Positions 29,101-44,100 of a stretch of DNA of 64,000 nt are shown here, piece by piece. This stretch comes from Mytilus edulis. Lineage: Eukaryota. The stretch lies in contig NC_092352.1 of the NCBI RefSeq assembly GCF_963676685.1, forward strand, positions 47,926,001 to 47,990,000, written 5' to 3'. The translations under genes and the position numbers were made by a program. Each line of letters starts with the position of its first letter. The stretch's first letter is position 1. The notes beneath the pieces are model-generated. The model searched no databases and was not told the DNA's origin. It saw only the letters and a program-made list of their open reading frames with translations.

Positions 29101-32100
29101 GCGACTGTCGCACAACTGTCGTACAACAGTCGTGGGTCATTCGCGCGTTTGACTCCGAACTACCAGTTTATAAAGAAGACCCGATTTATTGGGTTAGTGA
29201 TGTGAGGGGAGACTCTCAGCAAAAGTTCTTGAAACATACCAGGCTCCCTCCGGATGAATCCAATAAAATCACCGGTAGATTCCCGCTTCAATTCTTGCAT
29301 CAGTGTACTATACTGCCCAAACATCAGGCGCAGTTCGATCCATGGCCCAACCCACCAGTGTCGGACTTTCGCTGGTTCCTATGCTGTTTACGGGCTCGAA
29401 TCAACGCTAACAGGACCATATTTTGCTCTTGTTGGATTCCGTCAAGGCCATTATTTAATAGGACCAAGCGTAATCGTTCTGGTGAAATAACCATCCTCTT
29501 TAGTTTAATTTAAACATATTTATTTATAGTGGATTGAGAAACCAGTTTTGCAACTTATATTAATCCCTTTCCACTTTCCTCTTTAAATGGCAGACTTATT
29601 GATCCCAAACATTCATTCCTACCGAATTGTATTCTTCTAAATAAAAAGAAAATATGTTGCACGACAACCGTACCACTATCGTACGATAGACAATCAATGT
29701 TGAGCGAGGATCGTACGAAATAAGGTACTCGTGAGACAATCGTGCGACTGTATCACGAGTGTCTTGCGACAGTCGTGAGATTGTCTTAAAACCGTAGTGC
29801 AAAAGTCATACGATTTTTTTTTATTACACTGGCTTGTGTTGGGACGCACTACAATGTGTTTATCGCCAGACAGTCCCACGACTGTGGTAAGCAATCTCAC
29901 GACAGCCACAAGACAGTGACACAACAATCGTAGAGCAAAAAAGGTGCATGTCCAATTTTCGTCCCACGACACACGACAGCGGCACAATGCTCAAAATATT
30001 GTGCGTCTGTCGTACGACGATTACATATTACCCGCGATTTGACAAAAAATCATGTCGTGGGTTCAATGTGACCAGGGATTTACGTGCATGAAGTTCCTTT
30101 GTCGATCATGTTTGATACATAATTTTATTAATACCAAATTTTGATACCAAATAAATAAACTGAATTCAGAATGATAAAAAAAACTTAAATTACTTTAAGG
30201 TGGTATGGGATTCTAAATAAAAAATGGTAGAATTTGTTCATACTTTGCCAAAATGTAGTATATAGTGATATGAACAAAAAATATAATAAAAATGATAGGT
30301 CACAGGGCATTTTCTCACGCTATAGGTTGTGACAAAACGACAGTTTTTTGTAAAGATTATATAATAAACATCTTTATGTGATTAGATGCTGAACTAAATG
30401 ATAGCATTGTAAAAGAGTATACGGGAAGATAGCTTTTAATAAATGCTTTGAGAATATCAAAAGAAAAGATAGAATCACCGTGCTTTTTTTCGGCTAGCAT
30501 ATAAAATAGCACAAATTCATGTAGATTCCTTAAAAAAATGCACCATTTCGGAGTTATCTCCTTTTTAGAATGCTAATTTCAAAAACATTAAAAACGAAGC
30601 GAAAATAATCTTTGCTTGTAAATATTAATATTATAAGTTAAATCTAATAAATTTATTCATTAGAAGAAAATTCAGATAAGTTATCTACCTAGCCCATCTA
30701 ATTTTGCTAATTTGAATGAAAAATCATGACCTGACGTTCTCTGTTATTTGCAATCAAAGATGGCGAAAGACACCCATACCACCCTTAAGTAATATATTTA
30801 GTAAAAGTCAACTTACGATCTTGATCTTCAGTTTTTACAGGGCAACTAAAGGCTTTTTAAACATATTTTTATTTAAATCTGCTCATTATATCTGACCTAC
30901 CTCCTAAAGTTATATTCAAGTCCGAATCTTGTGAAAAATTAACGTTGCTTTCATATATTTCATGTAGATCTCCATCAACAAATAATGAACTACAATTGGT
31001 GCTTATATGTAATGCAATGTGAAACCACTTTTTTGCCAAATCAAGACCATCAAAAGCATCAGATGAATTTCTGTCAAATAAAAGATTATACACTTATAAT
31101 ACAATGTTAATCAATGTATCAAATAAAAACATGTATTTTCTTTCAAGTTATGTTGTTACTGTTCACCCTAACCGAAAAGGAATAGAATTCACGACGTGAA
31201 GATGCGATAAAAAATATGATTCCCTTTATTGTAACATCATATCATTTCCGGTTTTTATGCACGTGTGCATAGCCCAACAATTTAGGTTGTTTGATCAATT
31301 TTCATCAGAGTTTTTTTTACTGATACTTTAAACTGTTTAGCTGCATTTAACAAATTCTCGACTACAAAATATTAGATTAACATATATTTTCTTGTAAAAA
31401 CCAGAAGTGCTGGAATTATACATACGTGTTAATAGTTAAAAATTCAGACGTCAATTCAATGTGGTCAGATGCAGAAGAATCTACAGCAAAGTATGTTCCT
31501 TTGCATGAGGTTTGACAATGTATATGAAAAGTCACCACAAATGGTGTTTGAAGTGGAATATCAGTTATTAGCAACTCAGTGTAAGCAGGTTCTGTGCTGT
31601 TTGGGAAAACAACATCGTAATCTGAAAAAGTAATTTAACAGGATCGATAAAAAATCAATTGATACGATAAAAAAATTCTTTAACATCTTAACAAAATGTA
31701 TGCCCCCATAATCGAGCAACTCTTGTTCTATGACTAGTTTTTACTGCACGCTTTGAATCAAATGTGTATACTGGAACATAAACTTATAGCACCAACTTCA
31801 ATATGTTGGTTGAATAAGTAAATCTGAAACTATTGATTTAAGTTAAGATAAATACATCTCATGATATTAAAACACCTTAAATTCGTATTCAGTTTAATTT
31901 GATGTACTAGTATCAAAATGTATTTTGAATTTGTACTGTAACCACTACTATTGTAGAGTTTTGAAATCGGCTTTTGGAAAGTTTCAACAATACATTTAAG
32001 CAAGTAAATCCGATATCTTACCAACACAGTTCGACACATTGTAACTTTTCTCCATCAATGTGATGCGATTTCCTGGACATTGTTTACAAACAGTAGAACC

Positions 32101-35100
32101 ATAGTCGCTCTCGTAATAACCAACATCACATTCTACACATGGTGGGATACCAGTCAGAGACCAGGTACCAGGTTCACAGGCATCTGCAATACAACAAATG
32201 CTGTAAATTCGTGTTGAAACAAACCTATTTATCTTGTAAGTCTTTTAACGATGCAAACGAAGAAAGTGAATTAGTGTCTGATTATCTAATTTGATTACTT
32301 TGATTAAAATTACAAAACGTAAACCAAAAAAAAAAAAAATAATCCAACCTATGCATATAGTGTTTTAATGCATTGGCTAATATTGTTCTCCTTCATTACT
32401 AATTTAGTATCATCGCATATTGTATTAGGCGTTCAAACAAATTTAATGTACGTTGGTAAACTTAATTCGTTTTTTTTTAATTGAGCGTTTATGATAATAA
32501 TCGGCACCATATGAGAAAAGAAACAATTCGGCCAATGAGATGTATCCTTATTAACCTTATGACTACATGCTGTCTCATCTCAACAAAATCAGTTAATAAG
32601 ACAGACGTTCAATCGATTCAATTTTTGTGATTGCATCTATATATCTTAAAATAAAATATACCTAAAACGTAACCTCACAAATAAAAAAAACTAATATACA
32701 AATTAATTTAGAATGTCATTAACGCCTAACCTAACTTCAAAGATTTATTCAGTTAAATCTTACATCAAGACCATGTGCTAAGTTTGTTAAAAGAAATATG
32801 ACTAAAAGAGAGATGTAAATTGTTCTAACATGTCGTTTCCTTACATATTAAATTATAATATATATTTGGTAATAAAATATTGAAAAAATATGTTTGAAAC
32901 ATGAAAACCAAACTTATGACAAGTGTCTGTTAAAAGTATACAAATTTGCTATGGCATTCATAATTATTCTTCTGTCATTACATATAACAGTACCTTCGCA
33001 TTCGAATACATCTTTAGCACCAATTCTGGCTGTTGTCTGAGTATATGGACAAGGGATACAGTCATCCTGAGCAGAATGTGGTTGGTATGATCCTCTGGAA
33101 CATGTACTACAGGTATTTGTACTGCCATCATAAAACGTGCCTTCTGGACATGGTACTTATTAAATATAAAAGGATCATGCTTAAAAGGAAAAAAAAAAGG
33201 GAAACACCTGCATGTCTTAAAATACTTCATAATTATATATTATCTCTTTCAAATCAGCTTGAACGGAGTAATTTCTCAATTAGTTCATCTCAAGTCCCTA
33301 AGTTGTTTACGGTCAGTGATTAGTTTAATTTATTAAAATATTTAAATTTTAAAACAATAGGATTAATTGCATGATAAAATCGCTGCGATTTGTTTACCGA
33401 TGTAAACCTTGCACGTATAAAGCATACATGATATTTTTGCGCTATATTGTATTGACCATGAATCTAGCATATTCAGGGAAATCTCAATATTTCAAATTTC
33501 AAAGTTCCATAATGAAAAGAATCCATTGATAAGAACTGAAATGAAATCACCGGTATTTGCTCGCCATTTTTTTTATCAATGTGGAAAAAATCTAGATGTG
33601 TGTAAAGAAAAGAAATCATGAAGTTGAAATGATTTTTTTCTGTTAATAGAATGATAATGATCATTAAATTTCAAGCAAATTCCGTTAATCCAAAACTGAC
33701 CTTTTTACAAAATATCTTTTTATTTTATAAATGGAAATGTGCAGATAGTGGTAACATAATCTCCTTGCTGTTTTTCTTAAACAGAATGTAGTTTATTTGA
33801 TGTTTTGTATTTATATAAAAAAAAAAACGATTACCAAATTTGGAAATTTAATGTGAAATTATAGACATTGAAAAATGAATACCGCATTTGATAATTCACT
33901 TACCACAAGCAATGATATTATTGAATACAGGAACAGAATTTGCAGGGCAATCTAGAAGTAATTGATTTGACGTCATTTCAAGAAGATTAGCGTACTGGTC
34001 ATCGCTGGTGAGAGTAAGGTTGTCCGATTTAAGATCTGCATTGAGGGAGGTAATAAACTCTGTAAAAATCTTCACTTCAGCTTCATATTGCTGTGATGTA
34101 AGTGTATCATTTCCAGACTCAAAATAAATTTCTGTGTTGATGATCATGGTATCTGTCGACCTTTTCTTCTGTTTTTGTGGACAAATTACCTGTATTCAGA
34201 ATGATAAAACATTGTGTATAAACCATAGTTATCTCGGGCATGCACAATAAAAAAAAATATGTGTGGATGTAAACATTAACTTGTTTAGTTCTTAAGTGAT
34301 ACTACGTAATCAATACAACGATATTGCTAACGTTGTAATTTGAATAAAGATACTCACAGGTGTCACATGACGAATATGGTTTGCTTACCGTGCGGAGCAC
34401 CTGATGATATCCCGCGTTTTGTTTGATAGGAGTTCGTATTTTTTGGTGCTTTGGTTTTCAGAGTTGTACTTCGTGCTTTTTGGTTTCTTAATTTATGTAT
34501 TCTATCGATAATAGTTTCGTCTAGTCATTATCGTGATATCCGTTTTTGAATTCCAAAATTATAAATTCGGTCATTTTCTGAAATAATTTTAAAGACAAAT
34601 GATTAACAAATTGTTGATACTAGTAGTCTAAGGTTTAAATCAGAGTTAATTTCACATCACCTATTGCATGATCTCTGATTATCTAATATATATTATCACC
34701 GAGTAGGGTATACTCTGAAATCAACCCAATGTTTTTTGCTTCGTGTTGCTCAGTCTTAGATGTTGTTGAGTTTTGTTTGCAATCTTTTGTGAATGCCATG
34801 GTGTGGTTATTTTTTCTTCGACTTAGAGTTTGAATGTCTCTTTGGTATCTTTTGCCTCTCTCTCTTCTGCTTTTTGAAAAACTACTCTAACAGAAGAATG
34901 AGGGAAAAGAACTGAAGTTGACACTAAATAAGAAATTATGGGGACAATCACGAATTCCTACACGATACGATGTGTTTTAACAACTCACTAGCAACATATT
35001 TTCACGGTCTTAGATCCTCAGACACGAAATAATCAATTTGTAAGAATATTTTATCGATTGTTTCCCCCTTCCAATTGTGACATTTTGTGACGTATTTATA

Positions 35101-38100
35101 AAAAGATACGTTTCCTGTGCCGATGCATGCAATTTTAATTTGCGCCTTTTGGAGTTCACACAAATTTTTTTAATTTATAAATTGATTTGTTTTCTAAATT
35201 GATTTATACGATTTTAACATCAATAGATTACAATACTGTAGCAATGATTTGAAAGATCAGTTGGCAAAAGGTAAAATCACAAAAAAAAAAGAACTCCGAG
35301 CACAAGCGGAGTTCGAACTCACGACCTCAGTGTTGACTGGCTAGTGATTCCAGTAGGTATGAAAAAGAAGATGTGGATGATTGCCAATGAGACAACTGTC
35401 CACAGGAGACCACTATAACACAGACATTAACAACTATAGGTCACCGTACGGCCTTCAACAATAAGCAAAACGGGACTACTCAGACAACTCGGTCACCAAG
35501 GCCCCTTTTGTCTTAATCATAAACACTACATAAACAAAGAAATTAATTGATAAAGAAAAAAACAAAAGGGTATAAACACATAGATCACCAGCAAAGACAA
35601 GAATGTCTTTTTTACCGTAGCAAAATATCTCAATGACGGGATGTATAAGTACCGAGCCACGTCAAAGAGTTATCACCAAACATTAACTAAACAGTTAAAT
35701 TAATAATTTACACAGACAAATAAAAGAACACTATTACAGTAATTAAGATGACAAACAACGTCAGTACCTATAATCTATATATATTGTATTATTTGTGAAA
35801 TTGGTAGGGAATATTCATAAACAATGTTCTGGTATCTTCTGATGAACTTGTTAAAACAGGTTATCTTAGGATTCCGAAAAAGATATTGCAAGGGTTTCAT
35901 TATGGTTAGAGAGAGAGAGAAAGAGGCATTCACTTTCAACAAAGGCATTGCATTTAACGTTTATACATAAATCTTTTAGAAATATTCAAATCATATTTCC
36001 CAAGAATACATTTAGCATAGTTTGTATTTAAAAAAATTGTAAAAATCTGAAGTTTGAAATACAGAAGAATATACGATTTGATCCAATTGATTACAATGAA
36101 TCGCGATTAGTCATTATTGAAAAGTATTAACACAAATACTATGAAGGAAAAAAATAATACCTTTATGTTTCCAATATTGCATTCAGGACTTCTGCACATT
36201 TTCTTTACCATATACGATTTGGAATTTTGAACTGCAGCCATAAAGTTTTCCTTTATCTCTGCCTGAGTTTCGGGATCGTTGCAGTTTCCAGTGAAATAAC
36301 ACTCAGCCGACATTGTAACATATCTACGCGTTGAATTTGCTGTTTCTAGAAAAAATAACAAAACATTGTACATTTTTTAGTTGGTATGTTGTAAGAAAAG
36401 AGAGACGAAAGATATCAAAAGGAAATTCAATCTCAAGTAGAAATTTACTGTCAACGCCATTGCTAAAAAAGAATAAAAAAGACGTACATCCAAACAAATG
36501 TACACAAACGCCAATAAAGAAAACCAAAGACTGAGCAACACGAACAAAACAAAAAAGAAGGGTGATCTCAGGTGCTCCTTCAAGGTAAGTCAATCCAGCT
36601 CTGTCGTATTGTTCATGTAAGCTAAAATCTGATAATGAGTCTTAATCGGTAGGTCACATTCGGGATAAGGGGATGGGATTGTTAATATTACGATGTTAGG
36701 AAAATATCCGCTATTATAAGTGAAACAGATATTTACAACGGTCAACCAACTCATGATACTATCCGTATAAAGGGATGATTTCAACTTCAACACTTGAAAC
36801 TCTTGGTTTGATTGCGTCCTTGTTAGCAGCAAACTTCATTCAAAGCAATCATTCAAGGAAAAACAAGCCCTTGCATATCGTACCAGCTGAATTAATCTCC
36901 GTATGAAAGCACTGAATATTGCTACAAAGAAATAGTAAGTACACAGTAATGAAACTAACACTATCACGTTTGGCGTAAGATTTTGTTTTCCATAGACCAT
37001 TTCATTCTGTTTTTCGCTACATTCGTTCTTCATTATTGTATTCTTATTCTAACAAATCATCCTTCATTTACTTTATCCTTTATTAAATTATATATACGTT
37101 AATTGCTTCCCTCGGTTTTCGTTTATAAACTGGATTTGTTTTCTCTCGAATGATTTATGACTTTTGAACACCGGTATAACACTTTTGCCTTCATAAATAT
37201 ACATTTTGTAAACTCATACTTACGATGACAATCAGACAAATTGTTGTGATTCGTCCAAGTTCCATCTTCTATGCAAACCATGAAATTTGGTAACGACTTA
37301 AGTACGGAATATCCCTGAGAACACAAGGGGTGACAGAACCGTCCACCAACCCACACGTCACATGCCATGGCTCCATTGTCTGGTGGTACTAGAGCTGGAC
37401 AACCATTGGATGCTGAAAATTTAAATTTGTTGACAATCTCGTTTTCAGAAACATTAACATTAGTAGATGGATCAACACAAGTTTTCAAGATTATTCTTTT
37501 TATTCGGTTCTTACTTTTCCGAATCCACTTCTTCTTATAAATTATCTTACATTCATGTTAAGCATGTATAGTTTTGAACATAAATCAAGGAAAATCAATT
37601 TAACATTTGAAAACGATAGACGATATATATAAAAGAGGGACAATCAAAATAATAGAATAAACATAAACTGACTACACAATGGCTTAAAGAGAAATTGACT
37701 AACAGACAAACAATAGAACACTCGGCCTTTTAAACTTATTTTTTATCGAGCGTATCTAAAATTTCAATCTGATGATTTATTCCTGCTTGGTACAGGCATT
37801 TTTTTTTAATGTAAACAAAAATAGCCTCTATCGAAAAAAGCTGTAATTGCATATTGTGTATCAGTGGTACCAAAAACAGATAGGACACAAGTTTGAGCTT
37901 TCTAATAAGCTATGGATTGCTTCGCTCTGTTCTTTTTTAAGGCAATAATTGGGCATGTGGTTGTTGATTTAGTATTGGGAATGTAGTATTTTTTAGATAT
38001 TGATTGATATAAAATGAATGAACTTTAAGAGTGTGTGTTATACACCATTCTTTTTTAAAATTACTTGTTGAAAATTAAAACAATTATAAATAGACACCAC

Positions 38101-41100
38101 TATTGAGGTTTACCTAGATTGTCAAAAGTTATAAAATACAGATAACGCATTTTTGTAAACATTGTTAAGCAAAACAAATCGTGCATATTGTAGAGTAACA
38201 AAGCAAACAAACACGTATTAATAATTGATATTTCAATAATGAACTTATCTGTGAAACATATGCATAATAAAACGAGCATGAGTTTAATAATGACAGTTGA
38301 TCGGAACTGAAATACACATGGTTAATTTTTCGGCATTTGATGTCTTATCCAGGACGAGAAAAATCTGTGATTCATTATCTCATTTAAGCCAATAGCAGTT
38401 GTTGTATCTCAGTCACATTACAATGCAACAAATCAGAATATATACGTGATAAGTAATTAAATCAAGATGACGTGTATATCGACTGAAACTAATAGCTCCG
38501 CACCCTGATGCGAAGCAATTATGATTAATTTTAAAGTGAAATCGCACAATTTTGAACTTTAAATGTGATAGACTATTCAAAGGTCCATAGCTAAAAAGAT
38601 CGTCAAATAACTTGAAAAAAAATAGATTAAAATGGATCTTAATATGTTCAGTTGATTCTTGAAATTAATTGACGCTATAAAGTTTGAAGAACGTGATAGA
38701 AATTGGTTACATTACCTTTAATTACCAAAATGTGTCATATACATCATTTACTATATGTGTATTTGTTTAATTGTTTCGATTGCTACATAGTTTGTAATCA
38801 AAATTATTAAAACAATAGTCCGGCGACTACAAGCATATTTCAGACGAATTGTGCACATCCTGCTACAATAGATGAATCTTACGTTTACAGAACGGATGGA
38901 AATCCATAACCCAATTTGCATAAGGATCACTTCCATTTCTATAGCAGTGAGCGTTATTTGTTCCAACTAATGCCGAGTTATCTTGACACGAAAAAGCACA
39001 TTCGGATCCTCGCCTAGTTCCTGTACAGTTTAACTTCATATAAGGCAGTGGGTATAACTTAGGACATCTCAGTTCTGTAAAGAACAATATGGAATAAATG
39101 TCTCTTGTGTTAATATACAGCATGAAATAATATAGTTAAATATATATGAAAATTACTAAGAAAATATAATTGAATAATATATACAAGTGGTCGGAACTAA
39201 CAGAGTACCGAAACCATGTTTGTATTATACAAATAAGGTTACGTTTTTTAAGTTCTAGCGCTGAAGAAGTATAATTCAGCGCAGAAAAATTAACAATCCT
39301 GCAGAGAAGAAATGAAATCAAGCGTCTGATTGCACAATGAGTGCTGAATATGTAAAATCTTCAGCGCTAATTATGTAAAGTCTATCGATGTAGATGTGTT
39401 TTAGTCGTGGGCTGTAAAAATGAACTACATCAGTGAAGATGTAAATTCAAGCGCTAAATTGACAAACGGTTGTTCTAGAAGTAAGTTCCCTATTTATCTG
39501 TCACCGCTGAATTTAGAATTTATTTGCAGCGCTAGATTTTACACCTTCAGTTCTTGAATTTTAAAGTGAGCGCTAGAATTTAAATCTTCAGCTGTGGATA
39601 TTTCATATAAATGACAAAACTTTATATTTTCTTTATCTGCATTGATGATACATTTATGGAGTTATATTCATACTTTTGTAAATTGCTGATATATTCTTGG
39701 CCATTCTTTGGATTAGATTTGAAAGAACGTTACTAAACTCCGATAAGATGATTTTCAATATGCAATTATTTTGAGAAATAATAAATTATTATCTTACGTT
39801 TTACCACAATGTCAAATAAACACTCCCTTCCTTCATTGCCTGCTAAATCTGATACTGTATACTTGACATTATACGTGTTTACTCCTTGTTCGGAGGTTGG
39901 TGGTGGACCTATCACTTGTGTAGGTTCCAATCCCTTGTCCTTGTTGTCTATTACTACTGGTATATCCCAGGAAATATAGGCAGTGTCTTTGTTATCCCCA
40001 GGATAAAACATTAAAGTATTAGGGCATTGTTCAAAAGAAGGTGGTTCAACGTCTACAACATGAGAAATAAATAACATATATATAAATTAATGTGTACGAG
40101 AGTCTGAAATGGAAAGATAAAAGGCACGATTTGGAAGCTGTGGTTGTTGTGTGTAGTTTTATTTTTAATAAAAGCAGATGTTTTTTTATGCATACATCGG
40201 AGGGTACATCTTGCTGAATATTTGATAGATTTAGAACAAAAAGTAAGTTGTTAATATTGATGCATAGTATTAAAAATGTCTGTCTATAAGGAAAACAACA
40301 ACAATCTTCATTTTCTCTTAACAGTTTCGGTAAACGGACAGAAAGTCACAGGACAAAAAGTCACAAATAATATAATGATAATTGTTAGAATATATAAGAG
40401 AAATATCTTGAAATATTTACTTTTTAATACATATATTCATATTAAAGTTTAGGAAATGTGTCATTATACTTGATAAATGAAGATTTATTTAATTTTAATC
40501 ATGCAAAAGAAAGATTTATTGGCACAATGAAGCCATTAAAGTGCCAAGCCACTTTGACATTATGTTTGTTTTAACAATTATTTGATTTACTAAACATATT
40601 TTTTGATAAATTTTCTTTACAAAGTTAGATATTATACAATAGTTCAAGAGAAATACAAAACTATGTTTGTAGAAATAAGCGTTTTTTATTCAATGAAAAT
40701 AGTCAGAAAAAATGAATTGTGACTTTTTGTCCTGTGACTTTTTGTCCGTGACTTTTTTCTGTGACTTTCTGTCCTACATTCACATTTTCATGGTCTGTTT
40801 ACGTATTAAGGAATAACGTGTCATTGTTATAGTTGTCAAAAATATATGTTTGCTTTTTAATGACATGAGTCTCTAAAAATTCAAATAAAATTTGTCTTAA
40901 TTTTTATAAAACAGTTTTAAAAGAATGAATATTGACGTGCAAATATGAAATCAAGCGTTAGAGATGTAAAATGAGTGCTAAATGTGTAAAATCAACAGCG
41001 CTAAATCTATTCCCCTTTTTTTATCAATCATATACTTGTTAAATGTCAAGGTTATTTACCAACACAATCAGGATCGTATGCATTCCAAAATCCTGATGCC

Positions 41101-44100
41101 AGACAAACTTTAGTTCTCCTCTGGTTTGTAGGAATATCGAATCCTGCGTCACACCCAAATGTACATATAGATCTGAAGTAAAAATCTTCTGTGCACGAAA
41201 AGCTAAGCTTGCCACGTGGTACAATTTGTAAACACTTCTTTTCTGTAAACATGGAATATTATATATTGATGCAAATTAAAGTTGGTGAAGAATTACATTT
41301 ATCAAATACTTCTACTAAATAACTTTTGATTTTTATGATAATAGCATTAAATTAACGTAAATTCGTTATTTTTCGAGTTGGTGCTTAGCGGGCTGATATG
41401 AAAAGTTTATCACATGCTTCGATTGTTATCACATGCCTATCCGTAACGTTATTGCATGACATTCCGGTGATACTCGGAAAATAGCCATCAAAACTACGTT
41501 TTCAGTGAAAAACATTACAAAGTAGTGTGCACAACAATGATTTGGATACTGGAAAGTAAATTGTGTAAAATAATTTAAAAAAAATAGCAAATTAAAAATT
41601 AATCGATTTTTTTAAAGTTAAAACATAATTTAGAAAGTTACTTTTAAAAAAAGATGACTTTTTCAAATAGTGTTCATCATGTATATTTAGACAATCTTTT
41701 TTTGTCGCATATGATAGAAAGATTTCATATCGAATGTACTTAATTTGGGGTCTAAAAAGATCATAACATGTCATTTTTCCTATCGCATGTATTATCAGCC
41801 CTCGGTCAATATCAGCCCTCGAGCCATGCGGCTGATTTTGAACCTAGGGCTGACAATACATGCGATATGAAAAATGCCGTGTTATGATCTAATATTATCA
41901 TATGCAGTAAATGAGATATTGACTATGGTTTAAAAATCCTTGGACTATTATTCGTTAAATAAAAATGTTGAGCTCGAAAAATGCGTAAATGTTAGATATT
42001 AATTTTCAAAATATTCCCAGTATAGAGTGATATCATCTAATCAGGAATTAAATTGAACATCTATTTAAAAAAAACATTGATAGAACGTCAAACCATATCA
42101 AACAACAGTGTTTGTTAATCGTACAGAAACACATTGAAAGATTAACAAAAAGGGTGATGAGGAGATTAACCATTTCCTGAGGGTCCTCACAGGGTTCAAC
42201 GATTTTATTATTTTTTCACTTATTATTTTTATTTCCAGGTTTCTCAATTTTGTTACGTAAAAGAAAATCTAAGTATTGACAGTGAAGGTCGGCTAAAAAA
42301 ACCTTCCCTAGTTAAACAAAAAAGGGATGATTTCAGCTTCTTGTTGTGAATAAAACGTTTCTATGTAAAAACTCCAAGCAGCGCCTGCATTCAGAGTTTA
42401 CATAACCCTTTTAATACGATATTTTAGGGTTTGTAGTTCCTATCATGACTTTCCTGATAGAGGATTGCTGCTAATAAGGAAGCTGTTAAACAAAGAGTTC
42501 TTAGAGTTGAAGTCGCAGACATTCCTTTTATATTTTACGAACGTTAGTTGGTTGACTGGTATTGAATTTTTTACAGATGATATCGAATTTGTTCCTATTG
42601 TCGTGTATACAATAAAGTCACCTTTTCTCCATAAATGTGACCTGCCAATGAGGAACACCACGGGTGACACATGCAGAACAAGATTCTTTAACCCTCCAAA
42701 AGCAGCTAGGGGTTCGTGTTGCTCTTAAGTTTTATGTGCTGTGTTTTGTGTACTGTGTTTTGTATATATATATTTTTTTATATCCATGGTGTAGCCGGTT
42801 TTATTTGTTTTAGTTATGACTTTGGATGTCTCTTTTGTGTGTTTCGTATTGCAACTCTTTAACAGTCTTGCAAACATAATTAATAGATCATGAAGACTGT
42901 AGATCCGTTTATCCTAACTTGAAAATCCAAACAAATCTGCTCTCGTGCAAAGGTCAGCACTTTTTGAAGGAATTTAAAAATACAATTAAGCGCAAGCATC
43001 ATACACGTAATAACTGTATTGATTTTGATTCATAAAGGATTACTGTTTTATATCTCGAGAGACGATCTCAATTGAAAACAGTTATATTTGTAGTAGGCAA
43101 CATAATTCTAAACACAAATGATAAGTCCAGTATCATTTAGGTATTTTAGGATTTTCTTATCCCAGGCATAGATTACCTTAGCCGTATTTGGCACAACTTT
43201 TTGGAATTTTGGATCCTCAATGCTCTTCAACTTTGTACTTGTTTGGCTTTATAAATATTTTGATATGAGCGTCACTGATGAGTCTTATGTAGACGAAACG
43301 CGCGTCTGGCGTACTAAATTATAATCCTGGTACCTTTGATAACTAATTATACTTAAAACAACCGACAAATACTCTGGAAAAATTGCCATCCTTAATACAA
43401 ATGCAGAAATTTATGATAGGTTTTCAATAAAAACAACTGCTATATTTTTTACGGACTATCTTCTTAAAAATAGACATGTCCGCTATCATATGCTTATTTA
43501 AACTATATTATCTATCAAAATTAATGTCAAGTGGAAAGCTGATAACTAAATTATAATCTATTAAATGTTTATTTTTGTTCCAAAATATTATACGAGCTAG
43601 ATATAGGATTTAATTACATTTATACATGACATATGAATTGAGAACCAGGAAGAACTGCACCTAACGTTTTCCTGTCGATAACTTCCTTATTGAGACTTAC
43701 TTTCACAATATGGCTGATTTGGGCTTGACCATTCACCTGTTTCTAAACATTCTATTCTTGATGGCGCTCCCTTAAGCGTATGTCCCTGGTAACAGCCATA
43801 CCAACAGACTGCCCCATAAACCATATCACTGCTCGGATGACAGGTTCTATATCCATCTGGTATGCTGTTCGAACGCACCGGACAACGTATGACTGGACGT
43901 TCATATGAAAATTCAGAAAATTTGAATTTTAAAACTTTTTTTAATTTTTAAGTTATCAACAAAGTGTTCATATTTAAAAATAATATCTCTAATTAATAAC
44001 TTTATTTGTCATGCTTTGCTAATGATTGAAATAATTCTAATTCCCTTGAAAAATTACATTAAGGCATGTCTGATAAATTTTAACTGTAAAATGCCGATGT

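Noticed and set aside
28862-29987. Short ORFs of 68-141 aa as novel genes
   Set aside because: They lie within the Harbinger element arms or are antisense to the transposase remnant.
39240-39600. Recurrent CAGCGCT(A/G)A motifs as a regulatory array
   Set aside because: Irregular spacing and a similar patch at ~40950-41010 point to a decayed interspersed repeat; no function can be supported.
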